From Candidatus Nealsonbacteria bacterium (GTDB lineage: Bacteria; Patescibacteriota; Minisyncoccia; Minisyncoccales; MHMH01), in contig JACPGX010000005.1 in NCBI GenBank assembly GCA_016188865.1, forward strand, positions 179,317 to 243,316: 64,000 nucleotides of DNA. Direction: 5' to 3'. The notes under the pieces were generated by a model that was not told where the DNA came from, did no database searches, and saw nothing but the letters and a program-made list of their open reading frames with translations. Positions 16,767-25,617 of this stretch are shown here, piece after piece. A program made the translations under genes and the position numbers. Each line of letters starts with the position of its first letter. The stretch's first letter is position 1.

Positions 16767-16807
16767 GGAGGTCCGACCCCGCACAACTTTTGCGGGGTCG
16801 GATCTCC
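16767..16807. repeat. GAGGTCCGAC-family hairpin (copy B)
   Basis: GGAGGTCCGACCCCGCA, loop CAACTTT, TGCGGGGTCGGATCTCC: 17 bp with one G-U. Confidence 0.75.
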
Positions 16808-16816
16808 ACAAATATC

Positions 16817-17233
16817 ATGAGTAAAATTACTACAATTTTAATTATCATTATCGGAGTCTTGATTGCTGGCTGGTTTTTGGTTTCCAGGCTTTCTCTCTCC
16901 GATTCATCGAAAATCGTGGCAAGATCCGGCCTCCACTGGCACGCTACTTTAAACATTAAAGCAGCAGGTGAACCCGTGATCATTCCGGGCGGCATTGGCC
17001 TTGAAGGGCTTACCCATAATCCAATGCACACGCACGACATTGATAATGTTATCCATATGGAATATAATGGTTTAGTCAAGGAAAACGACTTGAAGTTAGG
17101 GAAATTCTTTGAAATTTGGGGCAGGAAATTTGAGGAGGATAGGAAAATGCTGGTTAACGGCAAAGAAAATTTAGAATTCGAAAATTACATAATGCGCGAT
17201 AGCGACAAGATTGAAATAATTTATGGCAAATGA
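16817..17233 (+). CDS. Hypothetical His-rich anchored protein
   Basis: The tracked ORF starts (TTG 16790) inside the hairpin. ATG 16817 gives MSKITTILIIIIGVLIAGWFLV (TM helix), then HWHATLNI...HNPMHTHDIDNVIHMEY. Confidence 0.55.
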   Translation: MSKITTILIIIIGVLIAGWFLVSRLSLSDSSKIVARSGLHWHATLNIKAAGEPVIIPGGIGLEGLTHNPMHTHDIDNVIHMEYNGLVKENDLKLGKFFEIWGRKFEEDRKMLVNGKENLEFENYIMRDSDKIEIIYGK

Positions 17234-18419
17234 ATCATGGCTTAGAGATATTCAAATAAGGACAAAAGGCGTGCCTGTTTCTGGAGGCAGATCCAATAAA
17301 CTAGGCAAAATCACTTTTGATGATTTGGTTTTTGTGCCGGCTCAATTATCAAAAAGACCGGTGGATTATTTTAAAGAGAAAATCAGTTCGAGAACACTTC
17401 TCGGACGATTGAGCAAAAAACCGATTGAAATCGAAACGCCCATAGTAATCGGCGCCATGTCTTTTGGCGCCTTATCGCGGGAATCAAAAATCGCTTTAGC
17501 TAAGGCCTCAACTTTAGCGGGCAGCATAGAAAATACCGGAGAAGGCGGCATGCTGCCCGAAGAAAGAGAATTTTCAAAAAAACTGATTATCCAATACTCA
17601 ACTGGCAGATTCGGCATTTCAGAAGAAGTTTTAAAAAAAGCAGACGCCATAGAAATTAAAATCGGTCAAGGAGCAAAGCCCGGCCAAGGCGGCTTGCTAA
17701 AAAAAGAGAAAGTGACCGAAGAGATCGCCCGGATTAGAAAAGTTCCTATGGGCGAAGATGTTCATTCGCCGGCTTACCATCCCGATATTAAAGATATTGA
17801 TGATTTAAAAAAGAGAATTGATTGGTTGAGGGAATTAACCGGTGGAGTGCCTATTATTTTAAAATTGGGGGCAGGAGATGTTGAAAACGATATTAAACTG
17901 GCTATCAAAGCCAATCCGGACATTATCGCTGTTGACGGAATGGAAGGCGGAACCGGGGCTGCTCCGGAAATAATGCTCAATGAAGTGGGCATTCCTGCGG
18001 TGGCTGCCTTAGTCAGAGCAAGGCGAGTTTTAGATGAATTAAAAGCTCCACAAGAGTTTTGGATAGGCGGCGGTTTTAATCACGGCGGAGATTTTGCAAA
18101 AGCTTTGGCCTTAGGAGCTGATGCGGCTTTTATTTCCTTTTCTTTATTGGTGGCGATGGGCTGCAATTACTGCAAACTATGCTATTTAGGCAAATGTCCG
18201 AAAGGTTTGACTACGCAAGATCCGATACTTAGAGAAAAATTAAACATCGAAGAAGCATCTCAAAATGCTGCCAATTACATAAAAAACTGCACTGAAGAAA
18301 TCAAAATGGCTGCCGGCGCCTGCGGAAAAAGCGATATCCATGATTTATCCAAAGAAGACTTAAGGGCGATGACTTTGGAGATGGCAAGAACGACCGGAGC
18401 TAAGTTAATCTCAGATTAA
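17223..18419 (+). CDS. Glutamate synthase (GltB FMN-domain)-related protein
   Basis: KIGQGAKPGQGGLL signature of the GltS FMN-binding domain; C-terminal Cys cluster. Confidence 0.8.
   Translation: MANESWLRDIQIRTKGVPVSGGRSNKLGKITFDDLVFVPAQLSKRPVDYFKEKISSRTLLGRLSKKPIEIETPIVIGAMSFGALSRESKIALAKASTLAGSIENTGEGGMLPEEREFSKKLIIQYSTGRFGISEEVLKKADAIEIKIGQGAKPGQGGLLKKEKVTEEIARIRKVPMGEDVHSPAYHPDIKDIDDLKKRIDWLRELTGGVPIILKLGAGDVENDIKLAIKANPDIIAVDGMEGGTGAAPEIMLNEVGIPAVAALVRARRVLDELKAPQEFWIGGGFNHGGDFAKALALGADAAFISFSLLVAMGCNYCKLCYLGKCPKGLTTQDPILREKLNIEEASQNAANYIKNCTEEIKMAAGACGKSDIHDLSKEDLRAMTLEMARTTGAKLISD
17389..17403. repeat. Possible single-unit or relic copy of the intragenic palindrome
   Basis: CGAGAA-CAC-TTCTCG inside the GltS-related gene (encodes SRTLLG). 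Only one unit, so it could be chance. Confidence 0.3.
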
Positions 18420-18457
18420 TAAAAAAATTCTAAAATATTTTTGTATTTTTGGGCGAG

Positions 18458-20917
18458 ATGAGAAAGGAAGTATTTAAAATTTACAGGATGCACTGCGCTT
18501 CCTGCGCTCGCATTATAGAACGAGCGGTCTCTAATTTGGGCGGAGTAAAGTCGGCTCAAGTTAACTTTGGGGCAGAAACTTTGCTGGTGGAATATAATGA
18601 GGAAGAAATTAATCCTCAAAGTATGGCTAAAGCCGTAAAAGAAGTGGGGTATGAGCTTTTAGTTCCCGAAAAATCATCCATGGCTAAAACTGGGACGGCC
18701 AAAGACAAAGAATTTTTAGCTTTTAGAGTTTTGGGTATGGATTCCCCCCATTGCGCTATGGTAGTTGAAAAGGCCATTAAGACTCTGCCCGGCATAGAAA
18801 AAGCGGAATTGGATTTTAACAATACGAGAGCTAAAATTATTTTTGACCCGGGAAAAGTTACTGAAGATCAAATAAAAAATGTTATTGATAATTCAGGATA
18901 CGAGGCAATCAGGGAAACTTCCGAGGCTCAAAATGTTTTGGAGAAAGAAAAGCAGGAGCGTGAGAAACAGCTTTTCGGTATAAAGAAAAAATTAATTGTC
19001 GGAATATTTTTTTCCGCAGTCATATTTTTGGGCAGTTTTCCCGAATGGTTTCCCTTTGCGCCGAAAATTTTAAACAGCCATTTGGTTTTATTTTTATTAA
19101 CAACGCCCGTTCAATTTTGGGTTGGAGCTAAGTTTTATCGCGGCTTAGTGGTGCTTTTTAAATATAAGACAGCTGATATGAATACTTTGATCGCCATTGG
19201 CACTTTGGCGGCGTATATTTATAGCTCAATAGCAACATTTTTTCCTGAGTTTTTTGCGAAGGGATCTTTGTTTATGCCGCAGGTTTATTTTGACACATCG
19301 GCAATCATTATTACTTTGATTTTACTCGGCAAATATTTTGAAATAATAGCCAGGGGCAGGGCTTCCGAAGCTATTAAGAAATTAATGAAACTGGGAGCTA
19401 AAACAGCCAGAGTTATTGAGAATGGCAAAGAAAAAGAAATTGAAGTTGGAAAAGTGCAAGTCGGGGATGTTATTTTGGTAAGGCCGGGTGAAAAAATTCC
19501 GGTTGACGGAGAAGTTTTAGATGGCAGATCTTCGGTTGACGAATCTCTGGTAACCGGAGAATCAATGCCCGTAACCAAAGAAGCTGGCTCTAGGGTGATC
19601 GGTTCTACAATCAATCTTTCGGGAGCTATAAAATTTAAGGCTACCAAGGTCGGCGAGGAAACTTTGCTGGCCCAAATAATTAAAATGGTTGAGCAGGCTC
19701 AAGCGTCTAAGGCCCCGATTCAGAGATTAGCTGATTTAATATCCGGCTACTTTGTCCCCGTTGTTATTATAATCGCTATTTTAACTTTTATTGTTTGGCT
19801 AATTTTTGGACCTACACCTGCTTTTGTTTTTGCTTTAGTTAATTTTGTATCGGTTTTGATTATCGCTTGTCCTTGCGCCCTGGGATTGGCTACGCCTTTG
19901 GCAATTATGGTGGGCACGGGCAGCGCGGCTCAAAAGGGAATTTTGATTAAAGACGCCGAGGCCTTGGAAATTGCCCATAAGGTTAAAGTAATTATCTTGG
20001 ATAAAACCGGCACCCTAACCAAGGGCAAGCCTAAATTAACCGATACTTTAGTTTATAACGGAGATAAGAATAAAATTTTACAAATAGCCGCTTCGCTTGA
20101 GCAGTATTCCGAGCACCATTTGGCAAAACCAATTATCGAAGAAGCCCGAAAAGAAAATTTACAATTACTTGAAGTAAAAAATTTTCAAGCAATGCCGGGC
20201 AAAGGAGTGACAGCTAATTTAGGAGCCATAGGCAATAGGGGATTAATGCGAGATTTAGGCGTATCTTTGGCAGATATTGAGCAAGATATAGTAAGACTGG
20301 AAGAGGAAGCCAAAACAGCAGTTATTCTGGCTGTCGATAAAAAACCGTTGGGAATTTTAGCAATTGCCGATACTCTTAAAGAAGAGGCCGAAGAAGTGGT
20401 AAGTCGGCTTAGGAAAAGCGGTTTAGATGTTTGGATGATTACGGGCGACAATGAAAAAGTCGCTAAAGCTATCGGCAGGCAAGTCGGCATAGAAAATATT
20501 ATGGCTCAGGTTTTGCCTCAAGATAAAGCTGAAAAAGTTAGGGAGCTTCAAAAAACAGGAAAACTCGTGGCGATGGCTGGCGACGGTATCAATGATGCGC
20601 CAGCTTTGGCCCAAGCTGAATTAGGCATTGCCATGGGAGAAGGCACCGATATTGCCATGGAATCTGCTGAAATTACTTTAATGAGAGGAGACTTAACTTT
20701 AATTCCCGAAATCATTTCTCTTTCCAGAAAAACTTTAAAAATAATCAAACAAAATTTATTCTGGGCATTTTTCTATAACGTAGCTTTTATTCCAGTAGCG
20801 GCCGGAGCTTTGTATCCCTTCTTCGGCGTTCTTCTCAATCCGATCTTTGCCGCCGCCGCTATGGCGTTTTCGTCGTTATCGGTAGTACTTAATTCTTTAC
20901 GATTAAAACGAGCATAA
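18458..20917 (+). CDS. copA: Copper-translocating P-type ATPase
   Basis: HMA domain with CASC, the TM motif CPC, DKTGTLT, and GDGINDAP. Track start 18449 is TTG; first ATG is at 18458. Confidence 0.9.
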   Translation: MRKEVFKIYRMHCASCARIIERAVSNLGGVKSAQVNFGAETLLVEYNEEEINPQSMAKAVKEVGYELLVPEKSSMAKTGTAKDKEFLAFRVLGMDSPHCAMVVEKAIKTLPGIEKAELDFNNTRAKIIFDPGKVTEDQIKNVIDNSGYEAIRETSEAQNVLEKEKQEREKQLFGIKKKLIVGIFFSAVIFLGSFPEWFPFAPKILNSHLVLFLLTTPVQFWVGAKFYRGLVVLFKYKTADMNTLIAIGTLAAYIYSSIATFFPEFFAKGSLFMPQVYFDTSAIIITLILLGKYFEIIARGRASEAIKKLMKLGAKTARVIENGKEKEIEVGKVQVGDVILVRPGEKIPVDGEVLDGRSSVDESLVTGESMPVTKEAGSRVIGSTINLSGAIKFKATKVGEETLLAQIIKMVEQAQASKAPIQRLADLISGYFVPVVIIIAILTFIVWLIFGPTPAFVFALVNFVSVLIIACPCALGLATPLAIMVGTGSAAQKGILIKDAEALEIAHKVKVIILDKTGTLTKGKPKLTDTLVYNGDKNKILQIAASLEQYSEHHLAKPIIEEARKENLQLLEVKNFQAMPGKGVTANLGAIGNRGLMRDLGVSLADIEQDIVRLEEEAKTAVILAVDKKPLGILAIADTLKEEAEEVVSRLRKSGLDVWMITGDNEKVAKAIGRQVGIENIMAQVLPQDKAEKVRELQKTGKLVAMAGDGINDAPALAQAELGIAMGEGTDIAMESAEITLMRGDLTLIPEIISLSRKTLKIIKQNLFWAFFYNVAFIPVAAGALYPFFGVLLNPIFAAAAMAFSSLSVVLNSLRLKRA

Positions 20918-20952
20918 AATTGTGTAATTATTTGTCTGTGGATAAGTCGCTG

Positions 20953-20982
20953 TTGACACCCGACCATTCGGTCGGTTATTAT
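20953..20982 (+). promoter_or_regulatory. Promoter of the lexA-methyltransferase gene with a palindrome in the spacer
   Basis: TTGACA (20953-20958), TATTAT (20977-20982, 18-nt spacer), and TATAAT at 20985-20990 abutting ATG 20991. Inverted repeat CCGACC-ATTC-GGTCGG at 20960-20975. Confidence 0.5.
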
Positions 20983-20990
20983 TTTATAAT

Positions 20991-22484
20991 ATGCAAAAAG
21001 AAACAGTGACAAAAAGACAAAAACAAGTTTTGAAAATCATTTATAATAGTTTGGTTAATGCTGGTTTTCCGCCTTCTTTCAGCGAACTTAAAAAAAAATT
21101 AAAAATTTCCTCTAACCAATCGCTTTTAGATATTTTTTCAATTTTAGAGAGAAAAAATTTAATAAAAAGGGAAGAGGGCTCTGCTCGTGGTATCAAAATT
21201 TTAAAAGCCGGGTATGAGGCCATTTCAGCTCCGCCCTTAGCGCCAATGGTGGGCATCACTTCAGCTGGCAGCTTTACCGAAGCCATAGAAGAAATTGACG
21301 CTTGGCAGCCATTATCAAAAGACGTTGAAACTATTGCCGAGGATGTGATGATCGTACGTGTTATTGGAGACTCCATGATTAATGCAGATATTAAAGATGG
21401 AGATTTTATTTTATTTAAAAAAACAAATGATTTTTCTTCTGGAGATATAGTTTTAGCTCAAACACCAGACGGGACAACCGTAAAAAGATTTATTTCCCAA
21501 GATAAGCCGCCTTATGCTTTTTTGAAACCGGAGAATCAGAAGTATTCCAACATTCCATTTACTGAAGATATGCGATTAATCGCCAAAATGGTTAGGAAGA
21601 ATAATATGGCTCAGGAAGCAAGCAAGAAAGATACCAAGGCGTTAGAGCCGTATTACGATAAGCCTAAATTTAAGCTTTATCAGGCGGATTGCTTAGATAT
21701 CCTTGTAAATATTCCCGAGAATTCGGTTGATATGGTTTTTGCCGATCCACCCTATCTTTTATCTAACGGAGGTTTTTCCGTCCACGCAGGGCGGCGAGTG
21801 AGCGTCAACAAAGGCGAATGGGATAAAAGTAATGGATTAAAAAAAGATTTTATATTTCACCTTGATTGGATAAGGGCCGCAAAACGCGTTTTAAAACCAG
21901 GCGGTACAATTTGGATTAGCGGTACCTATCACTCGATATATCAATGCGGTTTTGCGCTTCAGGCCGCTGGATTCCATATCCTTAATGACATTTCATGGTT
22001 CAAACCGAACGCTTCGCCTAATTTAAGTTGTCGCTTCTTTACCGCCAGCCATGAAACTTTAATATGGGCCAGAAAAGACAAAAAAGCAAAACATACTTTC
22101 AATTATGATTTGATGAAAAATGGTAATTGGCCAGAGGATTTTATAAAAAAACCTAATTTACAAATGCGTTCGGTATGGGCTATGGGATCGGAAAATCCAG
22201 AGATGGGCGCGATTTGGACTATGGGAACACCAAAAACAATAGAAAAAAGATTCGGTAAGCATCCGACTCAAAAACCGGAGGATTTGCTAAAACGTATAGT
22301 GCTTGCTAGTACGAATAAAGGCGACTTGGTCGTAGATCCTTTCACGGGGAGCTCGACTACTGGTATCGCCGCCTATCTTTTGGGCCGGAATTTTATCGGC
22401 ATTGATACAGACAAAAATTACCTAGATTTATCGATAAAAAGATTTGAGGAGTTGTATAAAAATATTAAAAGTAAATTATTATAA
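20991..22484 (+). CDS. In-frame fusion: full LexA-like repressor (wHTH + S24 peptidase) with a beta-class N6A/N4C DNA methyltransferase
   Basis: Residues ~1-205 align to LexA: KRQKQVLKIIY...SARGIKIL, cleavage-site-like VGITSAGSF, catalytic GDSM Ser and TVKRF Lys. Residues ~206-497 carry DPPY (motif IV) followed later by VVDPFTGSSTTG (motif I). No stop between the two parts; internal Met at the junction (NNMAQEASK). Confidence 0.8.
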   Translation: MQKETVTKRQKQVLKIIYNSLVNAGFPPSFSELKKKLKISSNQSLLDIFSILERKNLIKREEGSARGIKILKAGYEAISAPPLAPMVGITSAGSFTEAIEEIDAWQPLSKDVETIAEDVMIVRVIGDSMINADIKDGDFILFKKTNDFSSGDIVLAQTPDGTTVKRFISQDKPPYAFLKPENQKYSNIPFTEDMRLIAKMVRKNNMAQEASKKDTKALEPYYDKPKFKLYQADCLDILVNIPENSVDMVFADPPYLLSNGGFSVHAGRRVSVNKGEWDKSNGLKKDFIFHLDWIRAAKRVLKPGGTIWISGTYHSIYQCGFALQAAGFHILNDISWFKPNASPNLSCRFFTASHETLIWARKDKKAKHTFNYDLMKNGNWPEDFIKKPNLQMRSVWAMGSENPEMGAIWTMGTPKTIEKRFGKHPTQKPEDLLKRIVLASTNKGDLVVDPFTGSSTTGIAAYLLGRNFIGIDTDKNYLDLSIKRFEELYKNIKSKLL

Positions 22485-22489
22485 AATAT

Positions 22490-23020
22490 ATGAAAAAGGG
22501 AGGAATCGGTGGAGCTAATACAAAAACAGGATTATATTTTGAGGGTAAGGTAGATTTTTTGTCTTTCATTAAAAAACAGAAGAATTATACTGTTAAGGGA
22601 AATGAAATATTTTATAACAAAGAAAGCGTTGCCCTCTCATTCAAAAAGAATAGTCTATACGAGTATTTGACAAAGAGGGGGATAAATTATAAGAAGTTTA
22701 TTTCGAAAAAGTTATTACCCGACGATGCGGTTTTCGTTATTATAAATAACACTTTTTTTATTATCGAAATAAAATTTCAGAGAGTGGCGGGTTCAACCGA
22801 CGAAAAATTGCAAACTTGCGATTTTAAAATTAAACAATACAGAAAACTCCTATCGGAATTAAATGTGGAAGTGAAATTCATTTACATCCTTAGTTATTGG
22901 TTTAAAAAACTGGAATATAAAGACGTGCTTGATTACATCATTTCCGTAGAGGGTTGTTCATATTACTTTAATTATTTACCTTTGAAAAAACTTGGTCTGC
23001 CGGTACCGGAAAATAATTAA
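22490..23020 (+). CDS. Putative type II restriction endonuclease (PD-(D/E)xK)
   Basis: 176 aa, 5 nt downstream of the methyltransferase. Motif PDDAVFVIINNTFFIIEIKFQ fits D...ExK. Confidence 0.55.
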   Translation: MKKGGIGGANTKTGLYFEGKVDFLSFIKKQKNYTVKGNEIFYNKESVALSFKKNSLYEYLTKRGINYKKFISKKLLPDDAVFVIINNTFFIIEIKFQRVAGSTDEKLQTCDFKIKQYRKLLSELNVEVKFIYILSYWFKKLEYKDVLDYIISVEGCSYYFNYLPLKKLGLPVPENN

Positions 23021-23031
23021 TAAAATAAATT

Positions 23032-23199
23032 ATGGAAACAACAAACAAAAAGGAGTGTCCAAAATGTAAAAATGATAATATTCGCGATACGGGGGTCAGA
23101 ATGGGTGCCGCAGTTGCCGTATTGCCTGGCAGGGAGACGCCAGAACCCGCACAGCCTCTTTATGAATGTGAGGATTGCAGGGGGAGCAATTTTTTATGA
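23032..23199 (+). CDS. 55-aa zinc-ribbon protein (hypothetical)
   Basis: ATG 23032 to TGA 23197-23199. METTNKKECPKCKND...YECEDCRGSNFL has CxxC...CxxC. Below the ORF-track cutoff. Confidence 0.45.
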   Translation: METTNKKECPKCKNDNIRDTGVRMGAAVAVLPGRETPEPAQPLYECEDCRGSNFL

Positions 23200-23244
23200 A
23201 TAAGGGAAAAAATAAAATTTAGGCTATGGTTAAGAAACAAACCT

Positions 23245-23904
23245 ATGTACAAGCTAAGCCCGTCGGATTTTGCTTTTCTCTACGAGGAATGCAAACTCTG
23301 TTATTGCCTGAAAATTAAACATGGAATTTATCAGCCGAGTATGCCGATGCCCGGAGTTTTTTCGGCTATAAATACCAGACTGCAGGGAAGTTTAATCGGT
23401 AAAAATTTAAAAGTTTTGTCTGAAAACTTGCCGGAAGGCGAAGTTATAAGCCAGGAAGGCTGGGTTGAATCCATACCGGTTCCGGAGACTTCCCTTTATA
23501 TCAAAGGAAAATACGACCTTTTGGCAAAAAATCATGACGGCACTAGCACTTTAGTAGATTTAAAAATCAGCCAGGCGGCGGAAGATAAAATAGAAAAATA
23601 CAAAACCCAGCTTGCGGCATATAAATTTGCGTTAGAAAATCCAATAGCTGGGGAGCCGATAAAGATCGCCAGACTTGGCCTTTTGCTTTTTTATCCGGAC
23701 ACGGTTTCCTTTGAAGGCGGAGTGGCTAAATTTAATTTTCCTCCAAAATGGCTGGAAGTTCCTATTAATGAGAGCAATTTTTTAAGCTTTATAAAAGACA
23801 TTGATAAACTTTTATCCGGTCCTATGCCGGAAGAAGGTAAAACTTGCAAATGGTGCCAATATCGGCATGTCGGGGAAAATCTCGTCCACGATCAAAAGAA
23901 ATAA
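23245..23904 (+). CDS. PD-(D/E)xK nuclease, Cas4/RecB-like with Cys cluster
   Basis: N-terminal CKLCYC, core GKYDLL...LVDLKISQ...YKTQLAAY, C-terminal CKWCQY. Confidence 0.65.
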   Translation: MYKLSPSDFAFLYEECKLCYCLKIKHGIYQPSMPMPGVFSAINTRLQGSLIGKNLKVLSENLPEGEVISQEGWVESIPVPETSLYIKGKYDLLAKNHDGTSTLVDLKISQAAEDKIEKYKTQLAAYKFALENPIAGEPIKIARLGLLLFYPDTVSFEGGVAKFNFPPKWLEVPINESNFLSFIKDIDKLLSGPMPEEGKTCKWCQYRHVGENLVHDQKK

Positions 23905-23922
23905 ATTTTAATCATTAAATTT

Positions 23923-24762
23923 ATGAAAAAACAAGCGAGAAACAAGGCGATAGCGATCTTTGGTGGCAAGCAAATTCGCCGTCATTGGGACGAGAAAAAT
24001 GAGCTTTGGTATTTTTCGGTGGTAGATGTGGTTGGGGCGTTGAGTGCGAGCGATGATCCTAGAAATTATTGGAAGGTGCTGAAAAATCGTTTGAAGCAAG
24101 AGGGGAGCGAGGTGGTTACAAAATGTAACCAACTGAAAATGCCGGCTTCCGACGGCAAATACTATCTTACTGATGTTGCCGATACTGAAATCATACTTCG
24201 GCTTATACAATCAATTCCTTCGCCTAATGCCGAGCCATTTAAGCTTTGGCTGGCGCGAGTAGGATATGAAAGAATAGAAGAAACCGAAGATCCAGAAAAA
24301 GCTATTCGGCGGGCACTAGCTACCTATTTAAAGAAAGGTTATTCTAAGGAATGGGTTAATTTGCGCCTCAAAAGTATTGAAATCAGAAAGGATTTAACCA
24401 ATGAATGGCAGGAAAGAGGCGTTAAGACAAATGATGAATTTGCCATTTTGACGGATGACATTTCTTTTGCATGGGCCGGCTTAAAGACTAAGGATTATAA
24501 AAAGCATAAAGATTTAAAAAAAGAAAATCTGAGGGATAATATGACAAATTTGGAATTGGTTTTAAATATGTTGGCGGAAACGGCGACAACGGAAATTTCC
24601 AAAAAACGCGAACCAAAAACATTTCCGCAAAATCGAAAAGTGGCTCGTGAAGGCGGCGGTATAGCCGGTAACGCCCGAAAACAAATTGAAGCAAAGACGG
24701 GCAAGCCGGTGGTAAGCGGGTTAAACTTCAAAAAAATTCAGGAGCAGAAAAAATTAAAATGA
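23923..24762 (+). CDS. Bro-N domain / DinD-like DNA-damage-inducible protein
   Basis: N-terminus IRRHWDEKNELWYFSVVDVVGAL...RNYWKVLKNRL (Bro-N-like). C-terminal half resembles E. coli DinD (from memory). Confidence 0.55.
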   Translation: MKKQARNKAIAIFGGKQIRRHWDEKNELWYFSVVDVVGALSASDDPRNYWKVLKNRLKQEGSEVVTKCNQLKMPASDGKYYLTDVADTEIILRLIQSIPSPNAEPFKLWLARVGYERIEETEDPEKAIRRALATYLKKGYSKEWVNLRLKSIEIRKDLTNEWQERGVKTNDEFAILTDDISFAWAGLKTKDYKKHKDLKKENLRDNMTNLELVLNMLAETATTEISKKREPKTFPQNRKVAREGGGIAGNARKQIEAKTGKPVVSGLNFKKIQEQKKLK

Positions 24763-24763
24763 T

Positions 24764-25051
24764 ATGGAGAACATAGAAGCGGTAAAAAATAAATTACAGA
24801 AATTAATAAATCAATATAATCTTGATGGCACCACAATAATTGATAGGGTGGAAGATTTAGTTTGGAATGAGGAAGGCGATAAAGCTTTTAGTAATTTTAT
24901 CCAAGAAGCCTTTAAGAATTTTGAAGATGTAAAAGATATAGAGGAGTTGAATAGAATTATGCAAGTTTTTAACGATGCGTGGAATTATTTACCGCACAAA
25001 TGTTTAAATGGAAAATCCCCAGCGGAATTTTTAAGAGATAGTAAAAAATAA
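24764..25051 (+). CDS. Hypothetical protein
   Basis: 95-aa ORF starting 2 nt after the upstream stop. No family recognised. Confidence 0.5.
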   Translation: MENIEAVKNKLQKLINQYNLDGTTIIDRVEDLVWNEEGDKAFSNFIQEAFKNFEDVKDIEELNRIMQVFNDAWNYLPHKCLNGKSPAEFLRDSKK

Positions 25052-25066
25052 TTAAAATATAAATTT

Positions 25067-25525
25067 ATGGATAAAAAAGAACTGTTAAATTTTTTATTAA
25101 AAGCTAGGACTAAGACTTATGCTGGAGACGGCGGCAGTGTTACTCCGGCCCTGAAAGGATCAAAGCAATTGGAATATAAGGAGGAGAATTGGTTATATAG
25201 AGATGTCTATTATTTCGGGAAAGGTATTTTCACCGGATTGGAGGCAATCTATTATCAAGATAAGCCGGTTTGGTCCATGTCTTATTACGGAAACTTCAAG
25301 AAGATGACCGAAGAAGAGATAGACAAAATTTTACGCAAAGCGCTTAGGGAAAACAGCAAAACTGCAAGAACTTGGAAGCTAGTTAAATGGCAGAAAGACG
25401 GCTACGAGTATGTCTGCCGGTCCGATTTCGGTAAGTCGGTAGATGACTTCGGCGGATCCGAGAAGGTATCTAAAAGCGGGAAAGATGTTTATTCTTTCTT
25501 TTACGCCGCCGGTCTTATCGTATAA
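25067..25525 (+). CDS. DUF5680-like protein
   Basis: KARTKTYAGDGG...WLYRDVYYFG...KPVWSMSYYG pattern recalled from DUF5680. Confidence 0.45.
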   Translation: MDKKELLNFLLKARTKTYAGDGGSVTPALKGSKQLEYKEENWLYRDVYYFGKGIFTGLEAIYYQDKPVWSMSYYGNFKKMTEEEIDKILRKALRENSKTARTWKLVKWQKDGYEYVCRSDFGKSVDDFGGSEKVSKSGKDVYSFFYAAGLIV

Positions 25526-25539
25526 AGTCATCATGACGC

Positions 25540-25564
25540 ATGTTAGACATTCAATGTCTAACAT
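25540..25564. repeat. Perfect 25-nt palindrome ATGTTAGACATT-C-AATGTCTAACAT upstream of recQ
   Basis: 12-nt exact arms, sharing TGTTAGAC/GTCTAACA with the palindrome at 2265-2287. Confidence 0.8.
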
Positions 25565-25617
25565 AATTTTTCACTGGAGTCCGGGAGGACTAAAATCAGG
25601 CTATAAATAAGATAAAC

